A stretch of DNA of 63,317 bases, the filler included, from Guillardia theta CCMP2712 (Eukaryota > Protista > Cryptophyta): the NCBI RefSeq assembly GCF_000315625.1. It is 9 parts of 9 records of this genome, joined end to end, with 100 filler letters (N's around TTAATTAATTAA, not from the genome) between each part and the next. Parts side by side here need not be neighbours in the genome. Positions count along the whole stretch, not along the records: positions 47,471 to 53,350 come from NW_005434279.1; positions 53,451 to 57,606 come from NW_005434147.1; positions 57,707 to 61,654 come from NW_005434135.1; positions 61,755 to 63,317 come from NW_005434041.1; 5 more parts are not named here. One strand, given 5' to 3'. The translations under genes and the position numbers were made by a program. Of this stretch, positions 49,810 to 63,317 are shown piece after piece. The stretch's first letter is position 1. Each line of letters begins with the position of its first letter. The notes under the pieces were generated by a model. The model searched no databases and was not told the DNA's origin. It worked only from the letters and a program-made list of their open reading frames with translations.

Positions 49810-51290
49810 CCGATCTTGTGGGGGAGATGGCCGGGAGCTCGACCTACCCAGTCGGAGTGGTACCCCTTGAATTGGGTACCCCCACCCCTAGGGGGATCAG
49901 TTCTCCTGCTTTTTATATCCCCACCCCTGATATTCCCCAAAATTGCACCACCACCAAACCTCCAGTACCCACAAATTTGTTCAAGTACCCCCAATTATTC
50001 TCTATAAAGTACCGGTTTGTGTTGAATACGTGATGGCCCCCACCCAGTGGAACGTGACCACGGTGTACAGGACCCATCTTGAAACTGTCGCAGTTACAAG
50101 GTGTAGACCCTCCACCCCCCTTGTTGTACCCCACCCCCACATCACCTGGTGGCCTCGTGTCCTCCTTCCCTAGTCGCTCACGGGACTGTTTGAAGCAGTT
50201 TGATCGGGGGAAGGGGGTGGTACAGTAGGGTGGGGTGATCACATACACTTTTCTGGGGTCATAATTGGAAATGAGGGGGTACCTGAAACAGAAAGGGTAC
50301 GGGTGGGGTAGTTTGGGATTATAAAAGCGGGTAGCAGAGGCCCTGAAGGTGGTAGCAATGTAGTAAACATGTTTATGGGGGGTCAAAGCATGGAAAATGT
50401 GGGGTGGTCATTAATACCTGGGGGTGGTAAGCCCTATCACCACCCTCCTAGGCCATGCGAGGTACGTGCAGGGATGACTAACTCCCCTGCTGGTCACGAA
50501 CCCTGCATGCTAACCCCATGGGATAGGGCTAATGGGGGGTAGGGGTGCTTCATACACCCACTCATCTCCGGTTAACTCGTCTGAATTTCCCATAGCTCAA
50601 GGGGGTAGGGGTACCTCAAAGACCCCCACTGGCTCCCTCATGATGAGTAAAGAACAGCCTTGCAGCAGTCGGGAAACTCGGACACCACCACCCTATTACA
50701 GGAGTACCCCTATACTCACCTTTTTTATCAGGGTGGGTGGTAGAAGAGCGACCGAAGGGCGGCTGCTCCATGGCCGCTAAAACTACTTTTAATAATCTTA
50801 AAATAGATGTAGCAGAGATATTTCAAACCACCTCCTTTGAGTGGTCTGTCCGTCACTCGCTGTCCTTCCATCCCTCCCCAATTAGCTCCGGGGCGAGCTG
50901 GCTTTCACTAACCTCCGGAGTAGTACAGTCCCTTACTCCCTAGTTATAAATTTCTGCCTTATCACTTTTCCTAAGAACATCGCAGAGGCGGGCTGGATAG
51001 ATACGGGGGCAGGAACTCGGGCTGTAGCCCCGGATACCACGGAGGTCTCGGGCTGACGATATGGCGGTCACGCGGCCAAGTAGTGCTCGCCGAGGCAGGC
51101 CCATGGCTGCTCTGATGAGTAAACTTTAGTCGGGCCCCGGGTCCCCGGGGCTCACATCATCGTAGGGACTCATCACTCAGTAATCATGATGGGAACATAG
51201 AGCCGTTACAACGGAATGACATTGTAACGTCTCTAACGACCACTCGTTACGAATCCTGGACCGGGCATGCGTGGGGGCCATAGGACGAAG
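49810..51290. other. GGGT/ACCC-rich tract with strand switches, followed by a GC-rich island
   Basis: Same word bias as the other blocks. C-rich and G-rich subsegments alternate. Confidence 0.55.
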
Positions 51291-51567
51291 GAGCCCCTGG
51301 AGTGACAGAGGAAGAGAGGAGAGAGGAGAGAGAGAGAGAAGAGAGAGAGAGAGAAGAGAGAGGAGATCGAGCTGAAGACAGAGCAGCCCTTGAGAAGACT
51401 GCGTTAAAGGGGCTACAGGTCACGGGTGAAGGAGGAACTAAGGTAACAGAGGTAGCAGTTCAAAGGACTTGAAAGAGGAGCCTCTGGTCGAGAAAGGAAG
51501 TCTCGACGTCCTCGTACATCAGCACTACATCGTCCTGCTCACCTTGCACATCCTGTGGTCTACATCA

Positions 51568-53022
51568 ATGCCGCACTTTGCTAGCGCCCTTGAAGGTAGG
51601 CTCCCCGCCGGAGCCGCGGGAATCCGTCTCAAGTCGATCCAAGGCTTGCTCTCCCTCCTTTTGCTGGTTTTTGTGCTCTCCGCTCATGCTCTCCCTGCTC
51701 CTGCTCGGAGATCCATCCTCAGGCCTATGGGCGCCATCGACGCTCGCCATGCTGGCATGCAGCGTCAGTGCAGGCTGACATGCTTGCGGGGGGGGCAAGA
51801 TGCGCAAGGAGAAGAGACGGAGGGGGAGGTGAACCGTGAGAGCAAGGACGGCAGCGCTGAGGAGGAGGACGGAAGCTCCCCAGGAAGTGCGGGCGCTGAT
51901 GCGAGCAAGGAGGATGGGGAGCAGGAGGCGGAGAATGAGCAGGAGGGTGCGGGTCAGACTCCGGCACCCTTCGTGCATAGAGCAGCGTTTGGTATCCCCG
52001 TGCCCAACGAGCTCGCAGCGTCCGTTGTGAACCTGCTGATCAGCGTGGGCTGCATCCTGCTCACTGCCGTGCTGAGGGCAGGGTACCTGTACAGGGGGCA
52101 GCAGCCGCCCAATCCAGGGGCGATGCAGGTGACCATGAACGTGCTGATGGGGATGAGCAGCGTTCAGTTGCTGTTCATCGTGCACAGGCTGCTGGTCCAG
52201 GCGGCTCCCACGATCAAGAACGTGTACAGGGACGTGTTCCAGCCCGGTGAGCCCCCGAAGACGAAGGAGGAGGCGATGGCGAAGAGGAGGAGGCAGCGGG
52301 TAGCGCTAAGGGTCATGCGGACAATATCTACCATCATGTTCATGGCGCTGTACAGGGCCAGAGGAAGGATGAGCAAGAGCGATGGAGGAGGAGGAGGAGG
52401 AGGAGGAGCGCAGGCAGCAGCAACGGTAGCGTCCTTGGCTTCCACCTTCTCCTCGCTCAAGAGCTCGGCGAGATGGATGTGGATGTCGGCGCTTGAGAGT
52501 ATCTTCACGCTCCTCGGAGACGAGCTGGCGCTGCTGGGCCTTTACGTGGCGGAAGGAAGGGAGCTCACGGATGAGCAGAAGGCGAGGGTGGCGCAGCTTG
52601 TGAAGGAGCAGGAGGAGAGAGAGGCGGCAGAGAATGGCGAGAACCTTGGGGACGGCAAGGAGGAGGAGGAGGGAGGAGAGGAGGAGAAGGAGGGGAGTGG
52701 AGAGCAGAGGGAGGGGATGGAATTGAGGAAACCTGGTCTGGAGGGACTGCTGTCTGGAATTGGCTCGTTCTTTGCAAGGAGGAAGGAGGAGGCTGCTGCT
52801 GTTGCCAGCCCTCCCCTGAGAGAGGAGGAAGAGGAGGTGCGAGAGAAAGTCAGGAGCGACTCTTGCCCTGTTGACAGCCGCGGGGAGGAGGTGGCAGCGC
52901 CCGGTCTGCGAGGAAGCGAGGAAAGAGCTGAAGTGCAAGCAGAGGAGGAGGAGGAGGAGGTGAACGCTGGCCCTGATCTAAGCTTGCGGAAGGAGAGGAG
53001 GAGGAGGAGGAGCAAGGTTTGA
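51568..53022 (+). CDS. Hypothetical multi-pass membrane protein with a signal peptide and an LRGG motif
   Basis: Long ORF; LLSLLLLVFVLSAHA signal-like segment; RLTCLRGG; several hydrophobic helices; acidic tail. Confidence 0.65.
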   Translation: MPHFASALEGRLPAGAAGIRLKSIQGLLSLLLLVFVLSAHALPAPARRSILRPMGAIDARHAGMQRQCRLTCLRGGQDAQGEETEGEVNRESKDGSAEEEDGSSPGSAGADASKEDGEQEAENEQEGAGQTPAPFVHRAAFGIPVPNELAASVVNLLISVGCILLTAVLRAGYLYRGQQPPNPGAMQVTMNVLMGMSSVQLLFIVHRLLVQAAPTIKNVYRDVFQPGEPPKTKEEAMAKRRRQRVALRVMRTISTIMFMALYRARGRMSKSDGGGGGGGGAQAAATVASLASTFSSLKSSARWMWMSALESIFTLLGDELALLGLYVAEGRELTDEQKARVAQLVKEQEEREAAENGENLGDGKEEEEGGEEEKEGSGEQREGMELRKPGLEGLLSGIGSFFARRKEEAAAVASPPLREEEEEVREKVRSDSCPVDSRGEEVAAPGLRGSEERAEVQAEEEEEEVNAGPDLSLRKERRRRRSKV

Positions 53023-53450
53023 TTTTTCTCGCTCTCTGGAGCACATGACGGAGATTGCAGGAGAGGAGAAGGAGGTGACGCCAGGGCCGCAAAGTATCAC
53101 TGACATGATCCCTTCCAAGGTGAGGAGGGGAGGTGAAGGGAGGGAGGAGGGAGGAGAGGGCTTCTTCGAGCGAGGGCAGGATGGAGAGAGGAAAGGGGAG
53201 GGAGGAGTGAAAAGGAAGGGACCGGGATGTTGTAGTAGGAGGAGAGAAGAAAGGGTAGGAGGAGAGAGAAAAGAGGAGGAGGAGGAGGAGGAGAGAGAAA
53301 AGAGGAGGAGGAGGAGGAGGGAGGAAGTAGCGGTGGAGTACGAATACTGGNNNNNNNNNNNNNNNNNNNNNNNNNNNNNNNNNNNNNNNNNNNNTTAATT
53401 AATTAANNNNNNNNNNNNNNNNNNNNNNNNNNNNNNNNNNNNNNNNNNNN

Positions 53451-56159
<2,709 letters not shown>

Positions 56160-56423
56160 TGGGGATGTGTCGATACTTCATATCTATTCGATTCTGTTAG
56201 AGTTGATTTGTACTTTTGTCTTCAATTATCGTGAACGGACTAAATTGTCCCACAATTCTTGCTTCTTTTGCACGCCAAGCATGAGTCACTTGCAGAGCAC
56301 GAGTGCAGAGGAGGTGTAGAGAAGCCCACAAGAGTCAGAGCCCACTCACAAGAATCAGCCATCAAAACTCAAAGTGGCATTCGCGAAATCTGTTCATTAT
56401 AAAACAGCGCTCGTGCTACTCCT

Positions 56424-57421
56424 TTACTCGTCAGCCTGGGCCTTCTGGAAAGACTCCATCTTCTGACGGATGCGGTCCTGTCTCTGAGAGGCGCAGAGCT
56501 TGGCGCGCTTGATCTTCTTCTTGGGCGGCAGCTTCTTCTCGGTCTTGACGTGAGCTGCACATCAGAGTCAGGAAGCAGTTCAACGCGAGCACACGATCGT
56601 GCAAAGAAAGGAACAAGAAGCTCAACACAGGACAAGAACCTACCAGGATCCTCCCTGATCTTCTCGTAGACAGACTCCCAGACCTCCTCCATGTTCTCAG
56701 CGTTCACATCGGCCTCGTGGTACTTGCTGAAGTGGGTCTTGTAGAGCTCGGGATCCTCCTCCTCGAGATGCTCCATGTAGCCAGCGACGTGCTTGCCGAG
56801 GATGTACTCGTGCACGGTCTCAGCAAAGTCCTCCTGGTCTCCGCATGGGTAGCGGCGGACGGAGTGAGGGATGTCGAGTCCACCGTCGAGAGCTCCCTTG
56901 AGAGCACCGAAGATGCGAGCACCAGTGCTGGTGGTCTGGAGACCGACGTCAAGGCAGACGCGGAAGGGCTCGGGGTCCTTGCTCTTCTTGTCCTTCTTGC
57001 CCTCGTTGTTGGACTTGACGGTGTAGTCCTCTCCGCTAACCTCCTCCTGGCCCTTGTAGAGCTCGTCGAGGTTGAGCTTCTTGAGCACACGGCGAGCGAG
57101 CAAGAAACCGGTAGCGTAGCAAGCAGTCCAGTTCTTGAGACCAACAGCGCCGGGGAGTCCGTACTTCAGGGGGAGTTCCTTGGAGCAGGCAGCAGCAAGG
57201 ATGCGGTCACCCTTGGTGGTGGCCCAGGCGATCTGGCAGTAGACGTAGCGGTTGGAGGTACGGACAATCATGCGGTACTTGGGGGTGTTGAACTTGTTCT
57301 TGTCCTGGGTGATGAGCCTCTTCCTCGCCCTGTAGTCGGTCTTGCCTTCCCTCCTCCTCCTCCTCTTCGTCTGGTACCGCTTGAAGTGAGCATTGTTCTT
57401 CACGAGCTTCACGAACGCCAT
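56424..57421 (-). CDS. RPL5: 60S ribosomal protein L5 (uL18)
   Basis: MAFVKLVKN...RRRREGKTDY...QDKNKFNTPKYR...TSTGARIFGALKGALDGGLDIPHS. One intron (~56556-56643). Confidence 0.97.
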
Positions 57422-57706
57422 GGCCTCTGCAGGATGGTCGACCGGTCGGTCTTGTTCGCTTCCTCCTGCCCCGCGCGTGCCGCTTTTTTTACCCTCTACC
57501 CCCCACCCCGTTTCCCCCCACCCCCTTCTGATGTTTCACCACCCTGTACTACCCTACCCTTTGCACATAAAACCCTGCTCAGAACTTGACCTACCTACCC
57601 ACAATTNNNNNNNNNNNNNNNNNNNNNNNNNNNNNNNNNNNNNNNNNNNNTTAATTAATTAANNNNNNNNNNNNNNNNNNNNNNNNNNNNNNNNNNNNNN
57701 NNNNNN

Positions 57707-57822
57707 GCCTGTTCTAGACCAATATGTAGTGATGCCCAGATGCCTTGTGAGGATTACTAGTACGATCTTGAGGCACACTCGGATGCTGGAAAGCCCTCAT
57801 CCCTCCTCGTCGCCGCGTGACT
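57707..57822 (+). repeat. 116-bp direct repeat, identical to 59612-59727
   Basis: Exact match by reading. The left copy begins at a gap edge. Confidence 0.92.
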
Positions 57823-57969
57823 ACCCACCTCCTCCCCACGCATTTAGTGATAAGAAACCGATTGAACCCATCATATCATAGTATGCAGCTGCCAGTACAG
57901 CCGAGTCACAAGCTTAGAGTCGACTTGCCCCACGGAGTACCCGTTTCACTGGCGTAGAGTGAAGGATAG

Positions 57970-58020
57970 GACTCATCTTGATTGTCCCCGTACTGATTTT
58001 TAACTTAACTTTGAGTAAAG
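57970..58020 (-). repeat. Dispersed ~50-bp element, second copy
   Basis: GTACTGATTTTTAACTTAACTTTGAGTAAAG is the reverse complement of 40856-40886. Confidence 0.8.
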
Positions 58021-58537
58021 AAGATCACTTATTGAGACTGGGCAAGAAAGAGGAGAAAGTGAAAGAGAGAGGAGAGAGGAAGGAACTTGAGGTGACCCCA
58101 TACTTATTCAGTGTTAACTAGGGGTAGTGCGAATGGTCGCAATAGAGAACCGGTCCAGTACAGTTACAACTTTCACTCAGTCTCTCAGTTTGGGCCGGGT
58201 TAGTCTGGGCCCTCTGATCATATCAGTGATCCATGTGGCATCCGTCCGAGACAGCAATGCCGCAAGAGGAGGAGGCTGGAAGGATCAGACAAGACGAGAG
58301 AGGAAGGAGGAGAGGAAGGAGATGTGAATGTAGACATTGAGCCAGAGCACAAGTTTGTTAGACTGGTACTAGTTTTACAGGAGAGTTTTCAACGGTTACG
58401 GTCGCAGCTTTCTGTGAGGACTGACGTGAGTAGAGTCTCCATCTACCTGTCAGTCACTGACGGTCCCCGAAAGAGCAGGAGAAAGACTTCAACCTTACGT
58501 GATCAGCATATTCCCTCCTCCCATATGCTCCCTTCCC

Positions 58538-59584
58538 TCAGCGGCATCCCTTGCATCCCGATCGCCGCCGCCCGTGCTCGCATATGCTCCTGCCCCCGCA
58601 TCCCTTGCATCCCGATCGGACCCGCCCGTGCTCGCATATGCTGCTGCCCCCGCAGCCCTTGCATCCCGATCGGACCCGCCCGTGCTCGCATATGCTGCTG
58701 CCCCCGCAGCCCTTGCATTGCGATCGCCGCCGCCCGTGCTCGCATATGCTCCCTCCCCCGCACTCCTTGCATCCCGATCGGACCCGCCCGTGCTCGCATA
58801 TGCTGCTGCCCCCACATCCCTTGCATCTCGATCGCCGCCGCCCGTGCTCGCATATGCTGCTGCCCCCGCATCCCTTGCATCCCGATCGCTGCCGCCCGTG
58901 CTCGCATATGCTCCTGCCCCCGCATTCCTTGCATCTCGATCGCTGCCGCCCGTGCTCGCATATGCTGCCTCCCCCGCATCCCTTGCATCTCGATCGGACG
59001 CGCCCGTGCTCGCATATGCTGCTGCCCCCGCACTCCTTGCATCCCGATCGCTGCCGTCCGTGCTCGCATACGCTGCTGCCTCCGCACTCCTTGCATCTCG
59101 ATCGCACCCGCCCGTGCTCGCATATGCTGCTGCCCCCGCAGCCCTTGCATCTCGATCGCTGCCGTCCGTGATCGCATATACCGCTTCCCCCGCATTCCTT
59201 GCATCCCGATCGCTGCCGCCCGTGCTCGCATATGCTCCTGCCCCCGCATCCCTTGCATCTCCATCGGACCCGCCCGTGCTCGCATATGCTCCTGCCCCCG
59301 CATCCCTTGCATCCCGATCGGACCCGCCCGTGCTCGCATATGCTGCCGCCCCCGCATTCCTTGCATCTCGATCGCCGCCGCCCGTGCTCGCATATGCTGC
59401 CGCCCCCGCATTCCTTGCATCTCGATCGCTGCCGCCCGTGTTCGCACACCCCCTTCCGTCCTCGTGACTGGCCTGACCCGTCCTCTCCCCCCTCTCCTCT
59501 TCCTCCTCCTCCTCCTCCTCCCTTGTCTGATCCCTCCGTCTTCCTCCTCTTGCTCGACCTGTCGCTGCTGTCTGTTGCCACCAT
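58538..59584 (-). CDS. Cys/His repeat protein with 17 copies of CEHGRxRSxCKxCGGxSI (putative zinc-binding, nucleic-acid-binding)
   Basis: 54-bp coding repeat; invariant C, H, C, C; N-terminal KRRK NLS-like motif; intronless. Confidence 0.82.
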   Translation of the reverse strand: MVATDSSDRSSKRRKTEGSDKGGGGGGGRGEGGEDGSGQSRGRKGVCEHGRQRSRCKECGGGSICEHGRRRSRCKECGGGSICEHGRVRSGCKGCGGRSICEHGRVRWRCKGCGGRSICEHGRQRSGCKECGGSGICDHGRQRSRCKGCGGSSICEHGRVRSRCKECGGSSVCEHGRQRSGCKECGGSSICEHGRVRSRCKGCGGGSICEHGRQRSRCKECGGRSICEHGRQRSGCKGCGGSSICEHGRRRSRCKGCGGSSICEHGRVRSGCKECGGGSICEHGRRRSQCKGCGGSSICEHGRVRSGCKGCGGSSICEHGRVRSGCKGCGGRSICEHGRRRSGCKGCR

Positions 59585-59754
59585 CAGCTGCCCTGCGCTG
59601 CTGCCGCAAAAGCCTGTTCTAGACCAATATGTAGTGATGCCCAGATGCCTTGTGAGGATTACTAGTACGATCTTGAGGCACACTCGGATGCTGGAAAGCC
59701 CTCATCCCTCCTCGTCGCCGCGTGACTCGCTTCGCCCACATCCCCCAGCACGCC

Positions 59755-60750
59755 ATGGCGGGAGTCCTGCTGGGAGCAACATGGGCGAAGGCTATGGAGC
59801 CTATCATGATACACCTGAGCTCCTCCTCCTCCTCCTCCTCCTCCTCTCCATCTCACCCTCCTTCTTACGAGTACTCTCTGCCCTGTGCTGTAGCAGTAGC
59901 CGAGGGCATGAAGCTGATGTCCTGCCGGATTCTTCTGTTGAGGACTCCTTTGGCGCACCCTCTTCCACCCCTCAACTCGAAGGATTCTATCCCCTACATC
60001 GTCCCTGCGATCCTCCTTGCTATCGCCAACCAGACTCTCTTCATCGGCATCTCTTACCTTGGCAGCGTAATGTATCAGATCGCACTGCAGGGGGTCTGCA
60101 TGCTGGTGACCGCCGTCCTCTCGCAGACAGTTCTCGGCCACATCCTCACTAGGAGACAAGTGTTGAGCATCGTCCTTCTCACTTTCGGCTTCTGCCTGCT
60201 GGTACCCAACGTCGACCGTCTTGGGAGCTCGTTCTCATCTGCCTCAATCCTGACCAACCCTGGGCTCTACTCTGCTATCCTTGGAGGCTTCTGCACAGCA
60301 GCGCAGGGGATTTACTTTGAGAAGGCTTCCAAGGCACAAAACCATCACATCTTTCTGCAGGGGATGTTCTTCTCCTTCTACGGCCTCCTCGCCAACATTG
60401 TCGCTCTCCTCCTCCTGAGCATCTTCCACGTCTCGAGCTCTTCCTCCCTCCTCCATCCCTTCCACGGGTACAGTTGGAGTACGCTCGGAGCGATAGCAGG
60501 GATCGCCATGGCGGACATATCGATGAGCTTTGTGTTCAAGTACTTCGACTCCAACACGTACAACTTCTGCCGGGTGTTCGCGACCTGGATCCAAGGGTTT
60601 ATCACCTTCAGCGGGGTCACAGGAGAGGAGAAGAAGGTTTCTAGTCACTTTGTGCTCGGTTCCATCCTCGTCTCAGCTGCAAGCATCATGTATCGATCCA
60701 AGAGCTCTAAACCGATCCTGCTCTCATCCTCCTTCTCCTCTCACTGCTAG
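59755..60750 (+). CDS. Nucleotide-sugar transporter, SLC35A (CMP-sialic acid/UDP-Gal) family
   Basis: Multi-TM protein with AVAVAEGMKL, YIVPAILLAIAN, YQI, GIYFEK, FHGYS, VFKYFDS. Confidence 0.85.
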   Translation: MAGVLLGATWAKAMEPIMIHLSSSSSSSSSSPSHPPSYEYSLPCAVAVAEGMKLMSCRILLLRTPLAHPLPPLNSKDSIPYIVPAILLAIANQTLFIGISYLGSVMYQIALQGVCMLVTAVLSQTVLGHILTRRQVLSIVLLTFGFCLLVPNVDRLGSSFSSASILTNPGLYSAILGGFCTAAQGIYFEKASKAQNHHIFLQGMFFSFYGLLANIVALLLLSIFHVSSSSSLLHPFHGYSWSTLGAIAGIAMADISMSFVFKYFDSNTYNFCRVFATWIQGFITFSGVTGEEKKVSSHFVLGSILVSAASIMYRSKSSKPILLSSSFSSHC

Positions 60751-61993
60751 CTGGGGGTGATGGCTGGTTCGAGGATCTAGAGCCTGGTAGTCGATTTCAT
60801 CCATCGGCATGCTCGGAATGTTGCTCTGCACACATGTTCGGCCTTGGATCCTCTTTTGTCTGACGTGATTATTCTTCTTTTCAGTGAGTTTTGGTGTCTT
60901 TTCGACATTTTGATGTGTCGATGGCATTTTTGCTGTTGCTGCGTCAAAGTTGTCTTGCTTTTCTTGTGACAGTTTTTTTCCTTGTCACGGCTACAGTTTT
61001 GAATCGCTTGATGACTTTTTGATTCGTTCTATATTACATCGCATCACCGTCTTCACAACCTCAACATCTCCATCCCGTTCCCTCGCAGTCTCAGCAGTGA
61101 CAGGTACTTCCCGCAAACCACCTTGTCAACTTTGTAGCTGAGAGGGGCAATCTCTCCAGCAGGGAACTGGTCTGTAACTGAATGTATCAGCTCAAGGAAC
61201 CATGTAGAACGGAGGGAGGAAGTAGCAAGAAGAGGAGGAGCGGAGGGAGAGGGGAAGGGAGGAGGAGGGTTTAAGGAGATCGTGGGGAGAGCATGGGAGG
61301 TTGAGGTGCAGGAATGCTGATATTGAGGAGATACAGCAGCAGAAGAATACAAGGAGGAGGAGGACGAATAAGCAGCAGCAGAACAAGAACAAAAACAAGA
61401 AGCAGAACTACAAGAAGCAGAGAGGAGGAGGAGGAGGAGGAGGAGGAGGAGGAGGAGGAGGTTGGAGATGACGATGAAAAAGAAAAAGAAGCGAAGAAAC
61501 AACAGAATAAGAGACCTGGGTTGAGCTTGTCTTCCTTCGGGTCATAAATAGATCCATATACCAGCAGAGTCCCATCCTCCTGCACTAGCCACGTCTGCAA
61601 CTTGGAGCAGGCGATCCTGCTGGGGCTCGTTGACCCTACCGCAGCTGCAGTAGGNNNNNNNNNNNNNNNNNNNNNNNNNNNNNNNNNNNNNNNNNNNNTT
61701 AATTAATTAANNNNNNNNNNNNNNNNNNNNNNNNNNNNNNNNNNNNNNNNNNNNCCTTCTCCTCCTCCTCCTCCTCCTCCTCCTCCTCCTCCTCCTCCTC
61801 CTCCTCCTCCTCCTCCTCCTCCTCCTCCTCCTCCTCCTCCTCCTCCTCCTCCTCCTCCTCTTCCTCCTCCTCCTCCTCCTCCTCCTCCTCCTCTCAATCA
61901 TTCTCCCTCGCAGGCAAGCACGGAGAGGAGCTAGTACTCCACAGCCTCGGCTTCCTTCTCGCCTCCTCCCCGCTGGGGGTTGGAGACTGTGAA

Positions 61994-62811
61994 TTGATGG
62001 ACCTGCTCTCCTGCAGAGATTCTGTCCTCGCCGAGCACAGTATCGGCAGCTTCTCTCCTCCCCAGAAGAGGCTCCCTAGAGCCCGATGGGCCTCCTTGAA
62101 ACTTGACCTGCTCGCTCTCTCCCTCCTCCTCGAAGTCTCCTCCCCTGCTGGAAGGGTCTGGACCCTGAGCCATCTGGTGCTGGAAAGGATCCTGGAGGAC
62201 AGAGTGGTAGGGGAGAAGACGCTAGCTTCCTCCCTCAGGGTCTTGAAGAGCATGTACACGGGGGAGCTGACCGAGGACATGGGAGGAAGGATAATAATGC
62301 AGCGCGCGCACGAGGACACGCTGGGAGGAGGAGGGATCAACAGGAGGAAGCTGCATCTGCTTCCTCTTCTCCTCCGCAAGCTCATCAGAGCTGAAGGAGG
62401 GCACTGGGCCGACAAGCTTGCTTCCTTCTTGAGCAACCCGAGCTTCATGGAGCAGAAGCGGCGCTGTGGGAAGGAAGAGGATGTGGTGGAGGAGCTTGCA
62501 GCAGGGGTGTGGAGCATAGCGACTATGAGGGGTTCGAAGAAGTCTTTCGTTGACAGCTGCGTGAACAAGCTGCTGGCCATCGCACGGCAGCAGGAGATGC
62601 GCGGGACGTTCTCGATGACCACGTCCGGGCCCAGCAGGAAAATCGTCGGGACCAAACTCTGCCTGCTGGAGTGGGAGGTGGAAAGAACTTCCCTGCTGTG
62701 CCTCCAGCTGAAGAAAAACCTCCTCACTCGCTCGCACGACCCGAGCATGGCGACGCTCGGATCACTTCCTGACATCCCGTCCGTGACGAAACTGCGAGAG
62801 GAGAGACAAAA
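61994..62811 (+). CDS. Hypothetical protein exon, possibly part of the downstream ABC gene
   Basis: Long coding-like frame ending at a GT donor before a (CT)n intron. Confidence 0.4.
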
Positions 62812-62867
62812 GGTCCTCTCCCTCCTCCTCCTGCTTCTCCTCCTTCCTCGTCCTCCTCCTTCTCCTC

Positions 62868-62965
<98 letters not shown>

Positions 62966-63160
62966 CTCCTCCTCCTCCTCCTACCCCCCACCCCCCCTCC
63001 CTTCCTCCTCTCTCTCCGTCTCTCCCCTCTCTCTCCCTCCCTCGTTCCGCTTGCCCACCATCCCCTCTCACTCGCTCTCTCCCTCCTCACTGTCTGATCT
63101 CTATCTTCTCTTCAATCTTAAATTCCTCCCTCCTCCCCTCCTCCCATGTCGCGCCTCTAG

Positions 63161-63288
63161 CTGGGAGAACGAGGGCTGAGGCTGACGGGGGAGAGCGTCA
63201 GCGGGTTGCCCTTGCTCGTGTGCTCCTGCGCGCATCGCCGATCCTGTTGTTGGACGAGGCGACTTCCGCGCTTGACACGACGACAGAA
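63161..63288 (+). CDS. ABC transporter (ABCB-like) nucleotide-binding domain exon
   Basis: [10 protein letters not shown][G][28 protein letters not shown]. Needs one extra G in the 63187-63191 run to stay in frame. Confidence 0.82.
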
Positions 63289-63317
63289 GTGCATGTGAGA
63301 TGAGCGAGACTGAATCA

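Noticed and set aside
58324-59622. Long alternative-frame and antisense ORFs over the 54-bp repeat
   Set aside because: Shadow frames of a stop-free tandem repeat. Only the CEHGR frame has an invariant motif.
63187-63191. ABC gene as a pseudogene
   Set aside because: A single missing G in a homopolymer with otherwise intact motifs is more likely a sequencing error.

Overview
Eukaryotic nuclear DNA from a draft assembly: GC-rich, microsatellite-rich, with many 40-70 nt spliceosomal introns. Contigs are joined by N-TTAATTAATTAA-N linkers, so neighbourhood across these joins is unproven. Intron size and gene families suggest a cryptophyte-like alga (inference). Recognisable genes are: a large multidomain voltage-sensing phosphatase (C2 - VSD - PTEN phosphatase - C2 - CNB-like - PH - GRAM-like - CNB-like), an EEF1AKMT4/METTL13-like methyltransferase, a tandem array of RWP-RK transcription factor genes, a KNS3/At4g16180-like protein, PI31, a Zn-ribbon/81-aa-repeat coiled-coil membrane protein, a WW-containing STN7-like kinase, a TNFR-like Cys-rich protein, DBP2/DDX5, RPL5, a CEHGR-repeat Cys/His protein, a nucleotide-sugar transporter and an ABC NBD exon. 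The most notable observations are the extended VSP architecture; a gene missed by the ORF track, built from 69-nt one-repeat-per-exon modules (FPE...NGQ); snoRNA candidates and the conserved long intron in DBP2; a dispersed ~50-bp element; and recurring GC-palindrome island plus GGGT/ACCC tract blocks. Exon boundaries were derived by hand from GT/AG sites and frame continuity. Family calls come from remembered motifs, not database searches.
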